The position numbers were made by a program, and so were the translations under genes. DNA of 64,000 bases from Candidatus Deferrimicrobiaceae bacterium. Its GTDB lineage: Bacteria; Desulfobacterota; Deferrimicrobia; Deferrimicrobiales; Deferrimicrobiaceae. The notes under the pieces are model-generated. The model searched no databases. It worked only from the letters and a program-made list of their open reading frames with translations, and was not told the origin of the DNA. This document shows, piece by piece, positions 37,815 through 50,911 of this stretch. Location: contig CAWBVY010000006.1 of assembly GCA_963792415.1 (NCBI GenBank), positions 608,001-672,000 on the forward strand. The letters are read 5' to 3'. How positions within the stretch are numbered: position 1 is the first letter of the stretch; every line of letters begins with the position of its first letter.

Positions 37815-39683
37815 ATGCTCTCCATACTCCGCCGCAATGCCGGGTCCTGGGCCATCAAGATCATCCTTTCCTTCATCGCATTGACCTTCATCTGGTGGGG
37901 AGTCGGCACCTACTCCGAGCGGGACCGGAACGTGGCCGCCACCGTGGGCGGAGAGACGATCACTGCGAACGAGCTGTCCGAGGCCGTCGTCAACCTGGAG
38001 AAGTCGTACCGGGAGGTGTACGGAGCCGCTTTCACCCCGGAGATGGCCAAGGCGCTCAACCTGAAGAAGCAGGCGATGGACTCCCTGGTCCAGCGGAAAA
38101 TCCTGATCGCGGAGGCCGCGAAAATGGGACTGTCGGCCACGGACGTGGAGGTGCAGCAGGAGATCGCCGCAGTCCCCGCGTTCCAGCAGGGCGGACAGTT
38201 CCGGGACGACCTGTACCGCTCGGTCCTTTCCTATAACCGCGTCACACCGGCCGAGTTCGAGGCCGGCAAGCGGCTCGAGATCACGATGAAGAAGGTCAGG
38301 GATCTTGTCGTCGCCGGCGCGCTCGTACCGGAGACGGAAGCGAAAGAGCTTTTCCGGGTCGCTTCGCGGAAAGTCCGGCTCCTGGTGGTAACGGCGGATC
38401 CCGGGAAGGTGAAGGCCGACGCTCCGACCGAAGGGGAGGTCCTCGCGAAATACGAACAGGGGAAGGAACGTTTCCGGACTCCGGCGCGGGTGAAACTGGC
38501 CGTCGCCGCCTTCACTCCCGATCGCTTCGGCCGGGAGGTCAACCCGTCGGAGGCGGAGATCAAGGCGTTCCACGAGACGAACTCCGACCGGTTCCGCACC
38601 GAGGAACGGCGGCTGGTCTCGCGCATCGTTCTGCCCTTCGGGAAAAAGGACCGGGATGCGGTGCGGAAGAAGGCGGAGGAGATCCTCGGCAAGGCGTCGA
38701 AGGGAAAGGCCGAATTCGATGCTTTGGCGAAGTCGTATGCCCGCGGGAAAAACGGGGAAGAGTGGCTCTCGCGCAAGGACGCCGGCCCGACGCTCTCGGA
38801 ACCGCTCTTCCAGGCAGCCGTGGACACCGTGGTCGGGCCGATCGAGCTGCCCGGCAGCTTCGTCCTCGCCCGCGTGAACCGGATCCGGTTCCCGGAGGCG
38901 CTCCCCCTCTCCCAGGTCCGGGACATCGTCGTCGAGCAGATCCGTCGCGAGAAGGGGGAACAACTGGCCGTCGTCAAGGCGTACGAAGCGCTGCCGAAGG
39001 CGACCGCCGCGAAATCCGTCAAGGCGACGGCGGCGGCGTTCGGGGTACCGGTCGTGGAGACCGGGTGGGTGGGGGCGGAAGGGGCTCCCGGCCTCCCCGC
39101 GGCGCTGGTCCAGGACGCGCTGCTGCTTCCATCGGGCGAGGTGGCCCCCGTGAAAACCGTTGGGGATACCCACTACCTCTTCCAGGTGACGGCGAAGGAG
39201 GTTCCCCGCGTCCCCCCCTTGTCGGAGGTGCGCGACAAAGTCGTCGCGGAGGTCGCCCGCGAGAAAAAGGAGGCGGCGGCGCGAGCGGCACTGCAGCGGA
39301 TCCTCGAGATTTCGAACACGGCGGCGGGACTCGAATCGAACGCGAGGAACGCGGGATTTTCCTCCTCCCTCACCGGCTGGTTCGCCCCCCTCTCGGAACC
39401 GGTCCCCGAGCCGCTCGCCGGGGCCGGCGAGATCCGGAGGGACCTCTCCGCCCTCTCCGCAAAAGCGCCGGTCTCCCGGACGGTGTACCAGGGACGGGAA
39501 GGGAATCTCCTCGCCGTGGCGTTTTCCGGCGAGCAGCTTCCCTCCGACGCGGAGTGGGCGAAAAAGAAGGACGGCCACCTGAAGGGGGTGGTGCAGCAGA
39601 AGCAGAACGTGATGCTCGAGGCCTTTCTTTCGGATCGCATCAAGAGCGTGAAGGTGGAAATCAATCCCGAAGCGTTGAAGTAG
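37815..39683 (+). CDS. ppiD: PpiD-like periplasmic chaperone (SurA N-terminal domain)
   Basis: N-terminal TM IIL..IALTFIWWG, SurA_N region, degenerate parvulin domain. Confidence 0.8.
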   Translation: MLSILRRNAGSWAIKIILSFIALTFIWWGVGTYSERDRNVAATVGGETITANELSEAVVNLEKSYREVYGAAFTPEMAKALNLKKQAMDSLVQRKILIAEAAKMGLSATDVEVQQEIAAVPAFQQGGQFRDDLYRSVLSYNRVTPAEFEAGKRLEITMKKVRDLVVAGALVPETEAKELFRVASRKVRLLVVTADPGKVKADAPTEGEVLAKYEQGKERFRTPARVKLAVAAFTPDRFGREVNPSEAEIKAFHETNSDRFRTEERRLVSRIVLPFGKKDRDAVRKKAEEILGKASKGKAEFDALAKSYARGKNGEEWLSRKDAGPTLSEPLFQAAVDTVVGPIELPGSFVLARVNRIRFPEALPLSQVRDIVVEQIRREKGEQLAVVKAYEALPKATAAKSVKATAAAFGVPVVETGWVGAEGAPGLPAALVQDALLLPSGEVAPVKTVGDTHYLFQVTAKEVPRVPPLSEVRDKVVAEVAREKKEAAARAALQRILEISNTAAGLESNARNAGFSSSLTGWFAPLSEPVPEPLAGAGEIRRDLSALSAKAPVSRTVYQGREGNLLAVAFSGEQLPSDAEWAKKKDGHLKGVVQQKQNVMLEAFLSDRIKSVKVEINPEALK

Positions 39684-39713
39684 CCGTTCCGACATGACGA
39701 AAAGGGACGCTCC

Positions 39714-40820
39714 TTGCTGATTCGACGAGAGCATAAGGGATGTCCCCCGCGAGGCAAGGGGCGGACTTCCCCTGCCTTTATTCTTCTCCTACTCGGACTC
39801 CTCTCCTGCACCGCGGCCGCCGCGGAAACGGGAGTCGTCGACGAGGTCGTGGACGGCGACACCTTGAGGGTCCGCACGCCCGGGAGCTCGGAAACCGTGA
39901 CCGTGCGCCTCATCGGGATCGACGCTCCCGAACGAAGCCACCCGTCCCTCGGAAAGGAGTTCCTCTCCGACGAGGCCACCGCGCATCTCTCCTCCCTCTG
40001 CCGCGGCAAGACCGTCCGGATGGAGAAGGACGCCGAGGAGACCGACAAGTACGATCGCCTCCTGCGGTACGTCTTCCTGCCGTCGATGGACGGTCTCCTG
40101 CTGAACGAGGAGATGCTCGGGGCCGGGATGGCCCGCGCCTATACCCGCTTCCCCTTCTCCAGGAAAAACGCATTTCTCTCCGCCGAGGGGAGGGCGCGAC
40201 GGGAGGGGAAGGGGCTCTGGAAGGACGGGGGGATGGCGGAAGCGCGGTGGCTCGCCGCGGGGAACGCCGCTCCCGTCGAGGTGTACCCCTCCGGCGGAAG
40301 GACCTTCGTACTCGCCCACAAGGGGCTCGCGAAAGCGGGGGTGGAACGCGGGGACCTTCCGAAGGAGATCGAGGGGATCCTGCGGCTGCGCGGAGAACTG
40401 TCGGACAGCGAGTTCGCGTCGAAGGCCCGGGACCGGGGGTTCCGACCGATCGATCCGTCGAAGACAGGCCCCGCAGGATCGGAATCCCCGGGACAGCGCG
40501 CACTCCTGCCGGCTCCTGCGATCCTTGGGGCGGCAATCCCCTGGCAGGAAGCCCACCGCCACCAGGGCGAAGGGATCGTCGTCGAGGGGAAGATCGTCCG
40601 GACCCACCGCGCCGAGAAGGTGATCTACCTCAACTTCCACCCGAACTGGAAGCGATACCTCACGGTCGTCATCCACGTGAAGGATCTCCCCCTCTTCCCC
40701 GTTGACCCCGAGAAGGCCTACCGGGGAAAGAAGGTCCGCGTCCGCGGCGAGGTGAATCTCTACAAGGACCGCCCGGAGATGGTCGTGCGCTCGCCGGTGG
40801 ACATCACCGTCGTAGAGTAA
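39714..40820 (+). CDS. Thermonuclease (SNase) family protein with C-terminal OB-fold
   Basis: VVDGDT, RLIGIDAPE, DKYDRLLRYV, GKGLW; start uncertain. Confidence 0.85.
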   Translation: MLIRREHKGCPPRGKGRTSPAFILLLLGLLSCTAAAAETGVVDEVVDGDTLRVRTPGSSETVTVRLIGIDAPERSHPSLGKEFLSDEATAHLSSLCRGKTVRMEKDAEETDKYDRLLRYVFLPSMDGLLLNEEMLGAGMARAYTRFPFSRKNAFLSAEGRARREGKGLWKDGGMAEARWLAAGNAAPVEVYPSGGRTFVLAHKGLAKAGVERGDLPKEIEGILRLRGELSDSEFASKARDRGFRPIDPSKTGPAGSESPGQRALLPAPAILGAAIPWQEAHRHQGEGIVVEGKIVRTHRAEKVIYLNFHPNWKRYLTVVIHVKDLPLFPVDPEKAYRGKKVRVRGEVNLYKDRPEMVVRSPVDITVVE

Positions 40821-40852
40821 AAATAACGGGGGCCCTCGATCGAGGGCCCCCG
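40819..40852 (-). terminator. Terminator/palindrome between convergent nuclease and hppA
   Basis: Perfect palindrome GGGGGCCCTCGATCGAGGGCCCCC preceded by an A-tract. Confidence 0.65.
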
Positions 40853-40882
40853 GGGTGACGCAGGATGGCGGCGGAGCGGGTC

Positions 40883-43334
<2,452 letters not shown>

Positions 43335-43510
43335 GGCCCCTCCGTATCTGTTTTTACTGGATAAAACGTGGCGGGAACTCCGCCGGAATCCGTGCGAAAA
43401 AACATGCCCGATGGCGAGCCCGGGGCGATCGGTCGAGGTTGAAACGGGCAATTTGTATCACGCGGCGACCCGCAGGTCAAGAGGAAAGCCCCTGGTGGTA
43501 TAGTAGCCAC

Positions 43511-44470
43511 ATGGATTTCCGGGGGAAACTGATCCTCGCCCCCCTGGCGGGGGTGACGGACACGACGTTCCGGCGCCTGTGCAGGGAGAACGGCGCCGAC
43601 ATCGTGGTGACCGAGATGGTGTCGGCGAAGGGGCTCCTGTGCGACCCCGTCCGGTCCGGGCGGTACCTCGCCTACGACGGGGCCGAGCGCCCCGTAGGGG
43701 CCCAGTTGTTCGGCTCCGACCCCGGCGAGATCGCCGAAGCCGCGGCCGAGGTCGCCCGCCGCGGGTTCGACTTCGTGGACATCAACATGGGGTGCCCCGT
43801 CCGGAAGGTGACGGGCGGCGGTTCCGGGGCGGCGATCCTCTCGAATCCGCGCCTCGCCGGCGAGATCGCCCGGGCGGCGGTACGGGCGGCCGGGATCCCG
43901 GTGACCGCCAAGATCCGGTCGGGCTTCGGAACGGAGAAGGAGACGTACCTCGCGGTGGCGGGGGAACTGTTCGCCGCCGGTGTCGAAGCCGTGACCCTGC
44001 ATCCCCGTCACCGGGGGCAGATGTTCTCGGGGGCCGCGGACTGGACGCACATCGCCGCCCTGAAGCGGGCGTTCCCCGGGGAAACGATCATCGGGAACGG
44101 GGATGTCCGGGCGCCGGGGGACGCCGCAAGGATGCTCGACGAAACCGGTTGCGACAGCGTGATGATCGGGCGGGCCGCCATGGGAAACCCGTGGATCTTC
44201 GCGCTCCTGAAGGCAGGGACCCCCGTCCCGGCCGGTCCCGCCGGGGCGCTTCCCTACACCCCGTACCCGACCCCCGAGGCTCGGCGCGCCCTGATCCTGC
44301 GGCACGGCGAGGAGATGTTCCTGCTCCACGGGAAGCACGGGATCAAGGAGATGCGCAAGCACCTCGCCTGGTACAGCCGGGGGATCCATGGCGCCGCAGC
44401 CTTCCGCTCGGAGCTGCCGAAGGTCACCGACCCGGACTCCTTCCGGACCGTCGTCGGGCGCTTCTTTTGA
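43511..44470 (+). CDS. dusB: tRNA dihydrouridine synthase DusB/NifR3
   Basis: LAPLAGVTD, DINMGCP, GNGDV, MIGRAAMGNPW, MRKH. Confidence 0.93.
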   Translation: MDFRGKLILAPLAGVTDTTFRRLCRENGADIVVTEMVSAKGLLCDPVRSGRYLAYDGAERPVGAQLFGSDPGEIAEAAAEVARRGFDFVDINMGCPVRKVTGGGSGAAILSNPRLAGEIARAAVRAAGIPVTAKIRSGFGTEKETYLAVAGELFAAGVEAVTLHPRHRGQMFSGAADWTHIAALKRAFPGETIIGNGDVRAPGDAARMLDETGCDSVMIGRAAMGNPWIFALLKAGTPVPAGPAGALPYTPYPTPEARRALILRHGEEMFLLHGKHGIKEMRKHLAWYSRGIHGAAAFRSELPKVTDPDSFRTVVGRFF

Positions 44471-45588
44471 GCGACCTCCTCCGTCAGACCCTGGAGTCGG
44501 TCAACGTCGGGATCCTCGTCTTCGACATCGCGGGAAAGCTGGCGTACATCAACCCCGCCGCCGAAGAGATCCTGCAGGGCTCCTCCCAGGCGCTCGCCGG
44601 GAAACATTTCCGGACCCTTTTCCGGGGAAGCCCGGAAGCGGTCCGGATCGTCCGGAAGGCGATCGAGGAGAACACGCCGGTCACGGGCTTCGACGTGGCG
44701 TTGAAGCGGGTGGGGGGCGGGCGGACGGTTCAGCGTCGCGGGGCCGCTTCCATCCCGGTGATGCTCGGCGCCTCCCCGCTCTCCGGGGCATCCGGCGATC
44801 CGCAGGGGGCGGTCCTCTCGGTCAAATCGTCGGAGATCCTCTCGCTCGTCGGCCAGGAAGAGCGGGCGGCGGTCCGCGCCGAGGAGATGCAGATGCTGTC
44901 GTACGGAATCGCCCACGAGATCAAGAATCCCCTGGGCGGCATCCTCGGGGCGGCACAGTGGATCCTGCGCGGGGAAGGCCCGGACGAGGACCGCGCCGAG
45001 GGGGTCCGGCTGATCCTGCGCGAGGCGCGGCGGATCAACGACCTCGTGGAAAAGATGCTCGAGATGGGGAAAACCCCCCCGCCCCCGCGGCCCTTCCCCC
45101 TCCTGCCCCTGCTGCGCGAGGCGGAGCAACTTCTCCTCTCCGAGGCCCGCGCCCAGGGGAAGGAGGTCCGGTTCGATCTTCGCGTCGACCCGAGCCTCCC
45201 CCCGATCTCCGGGCACCCGGACACCGTCTACCGGGCCCTCCTCAACATACTGAAGAACGCCGTGGAGGCGATCGAGCGGGCGGGGACCGTCGGGATCGAG
45301 GCGCGGATGAACGTCAACTACCGGTTCGCCCGGGGGCGGGGCAGGAAGCGTTCGTTCCTCGAGGTCGAGATCATCGACAGCGGGAAAGGGATGACGGAAG
45401 AGGAGCTGCGCAAGGCGCTCCTCCCCTTCTACACCACGAAGGCCCGCGGCACGGGACTCGGCCTGGTGATGGCCCGGCAGGCGGTGACGCGGCTCGGCGG
45501 AAAGATGGAGATCCGGTCTTCTCCCGGCGCCGGAACCGCGGTATTACTATCCCTTCCGGTCGATCCGGGGAGAAAGGCCGCGACGTGA
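44467..45588 (+). CDS. ntrB: PAS sensor histidine kinase (NtrB-like)
   Basis: YINPAAE, AHEIKNPL, NILKNA, DSGKG, GTGLGL. Confidence 0.85.
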   Translation: MSDLLRQTLESVNVGILVFDIAGKLAYINPAAEEILQGSSQALAGKHFRTLFRGSPEAVRIVRKAIEENTPVTGFDVALKRVGGGRTVQRRGAASIPVMLGASPLSGASGDPQGAVLSVKSSEILSLVGQEERAAVRAEEMQMLSYGIAHEIKNPLGGILGAAQWILRGEGPDEDRAEGVRLILREARRINDLVEKMLEMGKTPPPPRPFPLLPLLREAEQLLLSEARAQGKEVRFDLRVDPSLPPISGHPDTVYRALLNILKNAVEAIERAGTVGIEARMNVNYRFARGRGRKRSFLEVEIIDSGKGMTEEELRKALLPFYTTKARGTGLGLVMARQAVTRLGGKMEIRSSPGAGTAVLLSLPVDPGRKAAT

Positions 45589-47027
45589 GACGAATCCTCA
45601 TCGCAGACGACGACGAGAGCATCCGCTGGGTCCTCCGGAAGACCGTCACCGGGATGGGGTTCGCCGCGGATCTCGCCGAGGACGGAGAGCAGGCCCTCGC
45701 CCTCCTGGGCAAGAACACCTACGCCGCCGCCTTCGTCGACATCCGGATGCCCGGGGTGGAGGGGATCGAGGTGCTCGAACGCGTCCAGGCGCGGAAGTCC
45801 CCCACCCTTTTCTTCATCATGACCGCGGTCCACCGTCCCGACGTCGCCGCGCGCTCCACCCGTGCGGGGGCCGCCGAGTTCATCACCAAGCCGTTCGAAC
45901 TCTCCCGCATCGAGGAACTCCTGCGCAGCGTGGCAAAGGAGTCGTCCTCCAGGGAGAGTTCCTTCCGCCCCGAGGAGCGGGAAGAGTGGACCTCGGCCCG
46001 GATCGTGGGGAAGAGCCGCGTCCTCCTCGAGGTGTTCCAGAAAATCGGGAAGGTGGCCGATTCGGACGCCACCATTCTTCTCCTCGGGGAGCGCGGCGTG
46101 GGGAAGGAGTTGATCGCCCGGTGCATCCACGACCTGGGGGGGCGAACGGGTCCCTTCGTGGCGGTGAACATCCCCGCGATCCCCCGCGACCTCCAGGAGG
46201 CGGAGCTGTTCGGACACGAGAAGGGGGCGTTCACCGGAGCGGAAAGCGCACGCCCGGGGAAACTCTCCGCCGCCATGGACGGCACCCTCTTCCTCGACGA
46301 AATCGGCGATACGCCCGGCGGGTTGCAGGCCAAGCTGCTGCGTTTCCTGCAGGAGCGGGAGTACGCCCCGGTGGGATCCGACCAGCCGCGAAAATTCCGC
46401 GGACGAATCATCGCGGCGACGAATCGCAACCTGGAGAAGATGGTGTCGGACGGAAAGTTCCGGGAGGACCTCTTCGACCGGCTGAACGTCTTCCCCCTGC
46501 GTGTGCCTTCCCTCGCCGAGAGGATGGAGGACATCCCGCTGCTGGCGGACTATTTCCTGCAAAAATATTGCGCCGTCCTCTCCCGCCCGCCGCGCTCCTT
46601 CTCGAAGGAGGCGGTCGAGGAACTCTCCGCCCACCCCTGGAGAGGGAACGTTCGGGAGCTCGAGAACTTCGTCCAGCGCCTGGCGGTCCTCTCACCGGGA
46701 AAACTGCTGCGGCGGGACGACGTGGTGCGCGAGCTGACCAGGGAGAAAGGCGCGCACGAGGCTTCTTCCTCGCCGATGGAGCAGCTGGTCGAGGAGCGGA
46801 TCCGGGAGTTCCTCCGCCGGCTCGGGCCGGCGCTCGACTCCGAGACCCGCCTTCACGAACTCTTCGTCCGGCAGGTGGAGCGCCCTCTCGTCAAGGTCGT
46901 TCTCGAGGCGACGGCGGGGAACCAGATCCGCGCGGCGTCGATCCTTGGGATCCACCGGAATACGCTGCGGAAGAAGGTCGCGGAGCTCGGGCTGGCGCCG
47001 AGGTCCCGGAAGAGGAAGGGAGCGTGA
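45585..47027 (+). CDS. ntrC: Sigma54-dependent response regulator (NtrC-like)
   Basis: Receiver (IADDD, DIRMPG), GERGVGKE, GAFTGA, GNVREL, Fis-type HTH GIHRNTLRKK. Confidence 0.88.
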   Translation: MRRILIADDDESIRWVLRKTVTGMGFAADLAEDGEQALALLGKNTYAAAFVDIRMPGVEGIEVLERVQARKSPTLFFIMTAVHRPDVAARSTRAGAAEFITKPFELSRIEELLRSVAKESSSRESSFRPEEREEWTSARIVGKSRVLLEVFQKIGKVADSDATILLLGERGVGKELIARCIHDLGGRTGPFVAVNIPAIPRDLQEAELFGHEKGAFTGAESARPGKLSAAMDGTLFLDEIGDTPGGLQAKLLRFLQEREYAPVGSDQPRKFRGRIIAATNRNLEKMVSDGKFREDLFDRLNVFPLRVPSLAERMEDIPLLADYFLQKYCAVLSRPPRSFSKEAVEELSAHPWRGNVRELENFVQRLAVLSPGKLLRRDDVVRELTREKGAHEASSSPMEQLVEERIREFLRRLGPALDSETRLHELFVRQVERPLVKVVLEATAGNQIRAASILGIHRNTLRKKVAELGLAPRSRKRKGA

Positions 47028-47032
47028 CCGCC

Positions 47033-47824
47033 ATGGAAAAGCGGAGCAGGGTGCCGGCGATCCTCGCGTTCGGGGGATTCGATCCGACCGGGGGCGCGGG
47101 CGTGTTGATGGATTCGCGCGCGGCGGCGGCGGCCGGGGTTCACGCCAGCGCGGTCGTCTCGTGCCTTACGGTGCAGACCACCGCATCCTTCTCCCGCTTC
47201 GCGTCCGTCCCGCGCGACGTCCTGGATGAATCGCTCGCGGCCGCAGCGAAGAGTTTCCCGCTAGGGGCCGTCAAGGTCGGGATGGTGGGGACCCGGGCCG
47301 CCGCGGAAGCGATCCTCTCCTTCGTCGCCGCGCACCGCGATCTTCCCCTCGTCCTCGACCCCGTGCTCCGCTCCTCCTCCGGTGCGCCGCTTCTATCCTC
47401 GTCCGCGTTGCCCGCGTATCGGCGGCTGCTCCGGCGCGCCGCGGTCCTCACCCCCAACCTCCCCGAAGCCGAAAAGCTTCTGGACCGTCGGATCGTCTCC
47501 TTCGACGACGCGGCGGAGGCCGCGGAGGACCTCTCCGGACGGACCGGCGCCTCCGTCGTCCTCAAGGGGGGCCACTTTCCGTGGAGGGGACGCCGGGGGA
47601 CGGACATCGTCTTTTCCGGCGGGCAGACCACGCTCCTTCCTCCGATCGGCGCCCGTCGCGGCGACCCGCACGGCACCGGATGCGCCCTTGCCGCGGTGAT
47701 CGCCGCGCGGATCGCGGCGGGGGACTCCGTCGTCCCTGCCGTTCTTGCCGCGAAATCCCTTCTTTCGGAACTGGTCGCAGGCGGTTTCCCCTCGGCGGAG
47801 GGGCGCCCCATCCTGTTCCCGTAA
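47033..47824 (+). CDS. thiD: Hydroxymethylpyrimidine/phosphomethylpyrimidine kinase
   Basis: GFDPTGGAG, VKVGM, LDPV, TPNLPEA, HGTGC. Confidence 0.9.
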   Translation: MEKRSRVPAILAFGGFDPTGGAGVLMDSRAAAAAGVHASAVVSCLTVQTTASFSRFASVPRDVLDESLAAAAKSFPLGAVKVGMVGTRAAAEAILSFVAAHRDLPLVLDPVLRSSSGAPLLSSSALPAYRRLLRRAAVLTPNLPEAEKLLDRRIVSFDDAAEAAEDLSGRTGASVVLKGGHFPWRGRRGTDIVFSGGQTTLLPPIGARRGDPHGTGCALAAVIAARIAAGDSVVPAVLAAKSLLSELVAGGFPSAEGRPILFP

Positions 47825-47849
47825 CCGGTTGGGGGAATCCGTACGATGA

Positions 47850-49232
47850 CTACTCGAGGTCCTGCGCCAGGTCCTCGAAGCGGGTGAACTGCGAAAGGAA
47901 CGCGAGCTTCACGTCGCGCATGGGGCCGCTCCGGTTCTTGCCGATGATGATCTCGGCGACCCCCTTCGCCTCCTGCGGCGTCTTCTCCTTGGCGTACATC
48001 TCCTCCCGGTAGACGAACAGGATCAGGTCGCTATCCTGCTCGATCGCCCCACTCTCGCGCAAGTCCGCCATCTGAGGGCGCTTATCGTTCCGGCTCTCCA
48101 CCCCGCGGCTGAGCTGGGAGACAGCGACCACCGGGATGTTCAGCTCCTTGGCCAGCGACTTCATGGAGCGCGAGATCTCGGAGACCTCCTGCACCCGGTT
48201 TTCGGAGTTCTGGCGGGTGTTGGAGCCGTGCATCAGCTGCAGGTAGTCGACGATGACCATCCCGATGCCGCGCTCCTTTTTCAGCCGCCGCGCCTTCGCC
48301 CGCAGCTCCATCGCCGATAGCGTCCCGGAGTCGTCGGTGTAGATCGGCGCCTCGGAGAGTTTCCCCACGGCGGCAACGAGCCGGTTGACCTCCTCCTGCG
48401 CGAGGTGCCCCGTACGAAGCCGCTGGAAGTTGACGCGCGCCTCGGAGCAGATCATCCGCATCGCCAGCTCCTGGCGGCTCATCTCGAGGGAGAAGATCGC
48501 GACGGGGAGCTTCTGCCGGGTCGCCGCGTTCACCGCGATGTTGAGGCAGAGCGAGGTCTTCCCCATCCCCGGGCGGGCCGCCACGACGATCATGTTGGAC
48601 CGCTGGAACCCGGCGGTGACCTGGTCCAGGTCCCGGAAACCGGACGCGACTCCGGTGATCCGCTCCTTCCGCTCGTACGCCTCCTCGATCTCCTTCATCG
48701 CCTCGCGGGCCATCTCGCCCATCACGTAGTAGGAGGGCCGGATCTTCTCCTCGGCGATGGCGAAGATCGCCTGCTCGGTCCGGTCGAGGAAGACGTCGAT
48801 GTCGGCGACCCCCTGGAAGGCGGCGGTGGTGATCTCCTGCGCCGCGGAAATCGTCTTCCGGAGGATCGACTTCTCCTTCACGATCCGCGCGTAGTGCACG
48901 ACGTTGTCGGAGATGGGGACGGAGGTGACGATTTCGGAGAGGTAGGCGAGCCCGCCGACCTGCTGTTCGGCGTTCCGGTCCTTCAGGACCGCGGACAGGG
49001 TGAGCTGGTCGATGGGGCGCCCGCGGTCGTAGAGGTCGACCATCGACTCGTAGAGGATCCGGTGGGCGCCCTGGTAGAAATCGCCCGGGCGCAGGACCTC
49101 CATGACGCCGTTGATCAGGTCGTTGTTCAGCAGGACCGACGCGATGACGGCCTGCTCCGCGTGGAGATCGTGGGGGGGAACCCGGAGAGAGGCGTCGTTG
49201 CCGCCCGGCGTCGTGCTGCGATTCTCGTCCAT
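47850..49232 (-). CDS. dnaB: Replicative DNA helicase
   Basis: AARPGMGKT, FSLEMS, VDYLQL, DLRESGAIEQD. Confidence 0.97.
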   Translation of the reverse strand: MDENRSTTPGGNDASLRVPPHDLHAEQAVIASVLLNNDLINGVMEVLRPGDFYQGAHRILYESMVDLYDRGRPIDQLTLSAVLKDRNAEQQVGGLAYLSEIVTSVPISDNVVHYARIVKEKSILRKTISAAQEITTAAFQGVADIDVFLDRTEQAIFAIAEEKIRPSYYVMGEMAREAMKEIEEAYERKERITGVASGFRDLDQVTAGFQRSNMIVVAARPGMGKTSLCLNIAVNAATRQKLPVAIFSLEMSRQELAMRMICSEARVNFQRLRTGHLAQEEVNRLVAAVGKLSEAPIYTDDSGTLSAMELRAKARRLKKERGIGMVIVDYLQLMHGSNTRQNSENRVQEVSEISRSMKSLAKELNIPVVAVSQLSRGVESRNDKRPQMADLRESGAIEQDSDLILFVYREEMYAKEKTPQEAKGVAEIIIGKNRSGPMRDVKLAFLSQFTRFEDLAQDLE

Positions 49233-49268
49233 CGACGCCCCCCTTCCGGAGTGGATTCGTGATGCGGT

Positions 49269-49715
49269 CTAAGTCTCCGGCACCACGCTGACGGAGATCT
49301 CCGGAAGGACGTCGGCCGCCACCCGGATCTTCACCTTGTAGTCGCCCACCTGCTTGATCGGGTCGGCGAGCTGGATCGCCTTGCGGTCGACGGTCACGCC
49401 GGCCTTCCCGAGCGCCTCCGCGATGTCCCGCGACGTGATGGCGCCGAACAGCTTCCCCTCCTCCCCCGCTTTCGCGGGAAGGGTGAGGGAGACGGCGGAC
49501 AGCGTCGCCGCCGTCGCCTCGGCGGTCTTCCGGGTCTTCTTCGCCCGCGTCTCGATCGTCCGCCGATCGTGATCGAGGGACTTCATGTTCCGAACGTTCG
49601 CCAGGACCGCCAGCTGCCGCGGGATCAGGTAGTTCCGCCCGTACCCGTCCTTGACCTTGACGACCTCGCCGGCCTTTCCCAGGTTTTCAACGTCTTCGCG
49701 CAGGATGATTTTCAT
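49269..49715 (-). CDS. rplI: 50S ribosomal protein L9
   Basis: GYGRNYLIP, KLFGAIT. Confidence 0.97.
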   Translation of the reverse strand: MKIILREDVENLGKAGEVVKVKDGYGRNYLIPRQLAVLANVRNMKSLDHDRRTIETRAKKTRKTAEATAATLSAVSLTLPAKAGEEGKLFGAITSRDIAEALGKAGVTVDRKAIQLADPIKQVGDYKVKIRVAADVLPEISVSVVPET

Positions 49716-49725
49716 CGGGGCACCC

Positions 49726-50031
49726 CTACCGGACCTGCGTGGCGGTGAAGGCGATCAGCGCGAGGATCCGCGCCTTCTTGATCTCCACCGTCAGCTTCCG
49801 CTGGTGCTTCGCGCAGTTCCCCGTGATGCGGCGGGGGACGATCTTCCCCCGCTCGGACACGAACTGCTTGATCATGTACGCGTTCTTGTAGTCGATCGCG
49901 AGCTCTTTCTCCGCGCAGAAGCGGCAGAACTTCTTGCGGATGTACCGCTTCTTCCCTCCTCCGCCCGGGCCGCGATGATCGTCGCGCCGGGGACCGGACG
50001 ATGAAGGGCGGGGCTTGTACGGGGTGCTCAT
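49726..50031 (-). CDS. rpsR: 30S ribosomal protein S18 (zinc-ribbon form)
   Basis: [25 protein letters not shown]. Confidence 0.97.
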   Translation of the reverse strand: MSTPYKPRPSSSGPRRDDHRGPGGGGKKRYIRKKFCRFCAEKELAIDYKNAYMIKQFVSERGKIVPRRITGNCAKHQRKLTVEIKKARILALIAFTATQVR

Positions 50032-50068
50032 CGGGTGTTACCTCCTTGGAATCCGGATCGTATTTTTT

Positions 50069-50467
50069 TCAGAACGGGATGTCGTCGTCTTGCGATTCGG
50101 CCGCCGGGGCCGACGGTGCGGAAGACTCGGCCGAGGCGCCGCGCGGTCCACCGAGGAACTGGACGTTGTCCGCCACGACCTCGATCTTGCTCCGCTTCAC
50201 GCCGTCGGTCTCCCAGCTGCGCTGCCGCAGGCGCCCCTCGACCAGGACGGGACGGCCCTTGGAAAGGTACTCGGCGCAGTTCTCGCCCGTTTTCCCGAAC
50301 ACCGAGACGTCGAAGAAGGAGACCTCTTCCTTGACCTCGTTGTTCGACTTGTAGCGGCGATTCACCGCGATGCTGAAGCTGGTCACGGCCACCCCGGAAG
50401 GGAGAAAGCGCGTCTCCGGATCCCGCACGAGGTTGCCGGCGAGAATGACACGGTTGAAAGTGACCAT
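50069..50467 (-). CDS. ssb: Single-stranded DNA-binding protein
   Basis: NRVILAGNL..DPE, VEGRL, DDDIPF tail. Confidence 0.97.
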   Translation of the reverse strand: MVTFNRVILAGNLVRDPETRFLPSGVAVTSFSIAVNRRYKSNNEVKEEVSFFDVSVFGKTGENCAEYLSKGRPVLVEGRLRQRSWETDGVKRSKIEVVADNVQFLGGPRGASAESSAPSAPAAESQDDDIPF

Positions 50468-50491
50468 CGGAACCCTCCCTTGGCCTGCCCG

Positions 50492-50911
50492 TCAGGCTTC
50501 CGCGGGAGCCGCGGGCGCCTGGGGCGTTTCGGGTTCGGGCGTTTCGGACGCGGGCGTTCCGGAGTCCGCAGGGGCGTCTCCCGCAGGGGATGCGGCCGCC
50601 TCGACCTTCGGCGCAAGTGCAGCGGTGTGGAGGGTGGTGAGATGGCGAAGAATCCCCTCGAAGATCTTGATGTTGCGCTCCACCTCTTCCACGACGCCGC
50701 GGTTCCCGGTGTAGAGGAGAAAGGTGTAGAAGGCGTTGGATTTCTTCCGGATCGCGTAGGCGAGTTTGCGGTTCCCCCAGTCGTCGATCTTCAGTACCTC
50801 GCCCTTGTAGTCGGCGACGATCCCGGAGAGCTTCCCGAGGAACTCTTTCCTCGCGTCCTCCGGGAGTTCGGGGTCGAACAGGATGGCGGTTTCATACCTC
50901 TTCGTTGTCAT
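50492..50911 (-). CDS. rpsF: 30S ribosomal protein S6
   Basis: RYET, WGNRKLAYAI, ILRHL. Confidence 0.96.
   Translation of the reverse strand: MTTKRYETAILFDPELPEDARKEFLGKLSGIVADYKGEVLKIDDWGNRKLAYAIRKKSNAFYTFLLYTGNRGVVEEVERNIKIFEGILRHLTTLHTAALAPKVEAAASPAGDAPADSGTPASETPEPETPQAPAAPAEA

Noticed and set aside
43392-43410. Sigma54 promoter for hppA
   Set aside because: GG to GC spacing is one base too long (GGGCATG-T6-CGCA).
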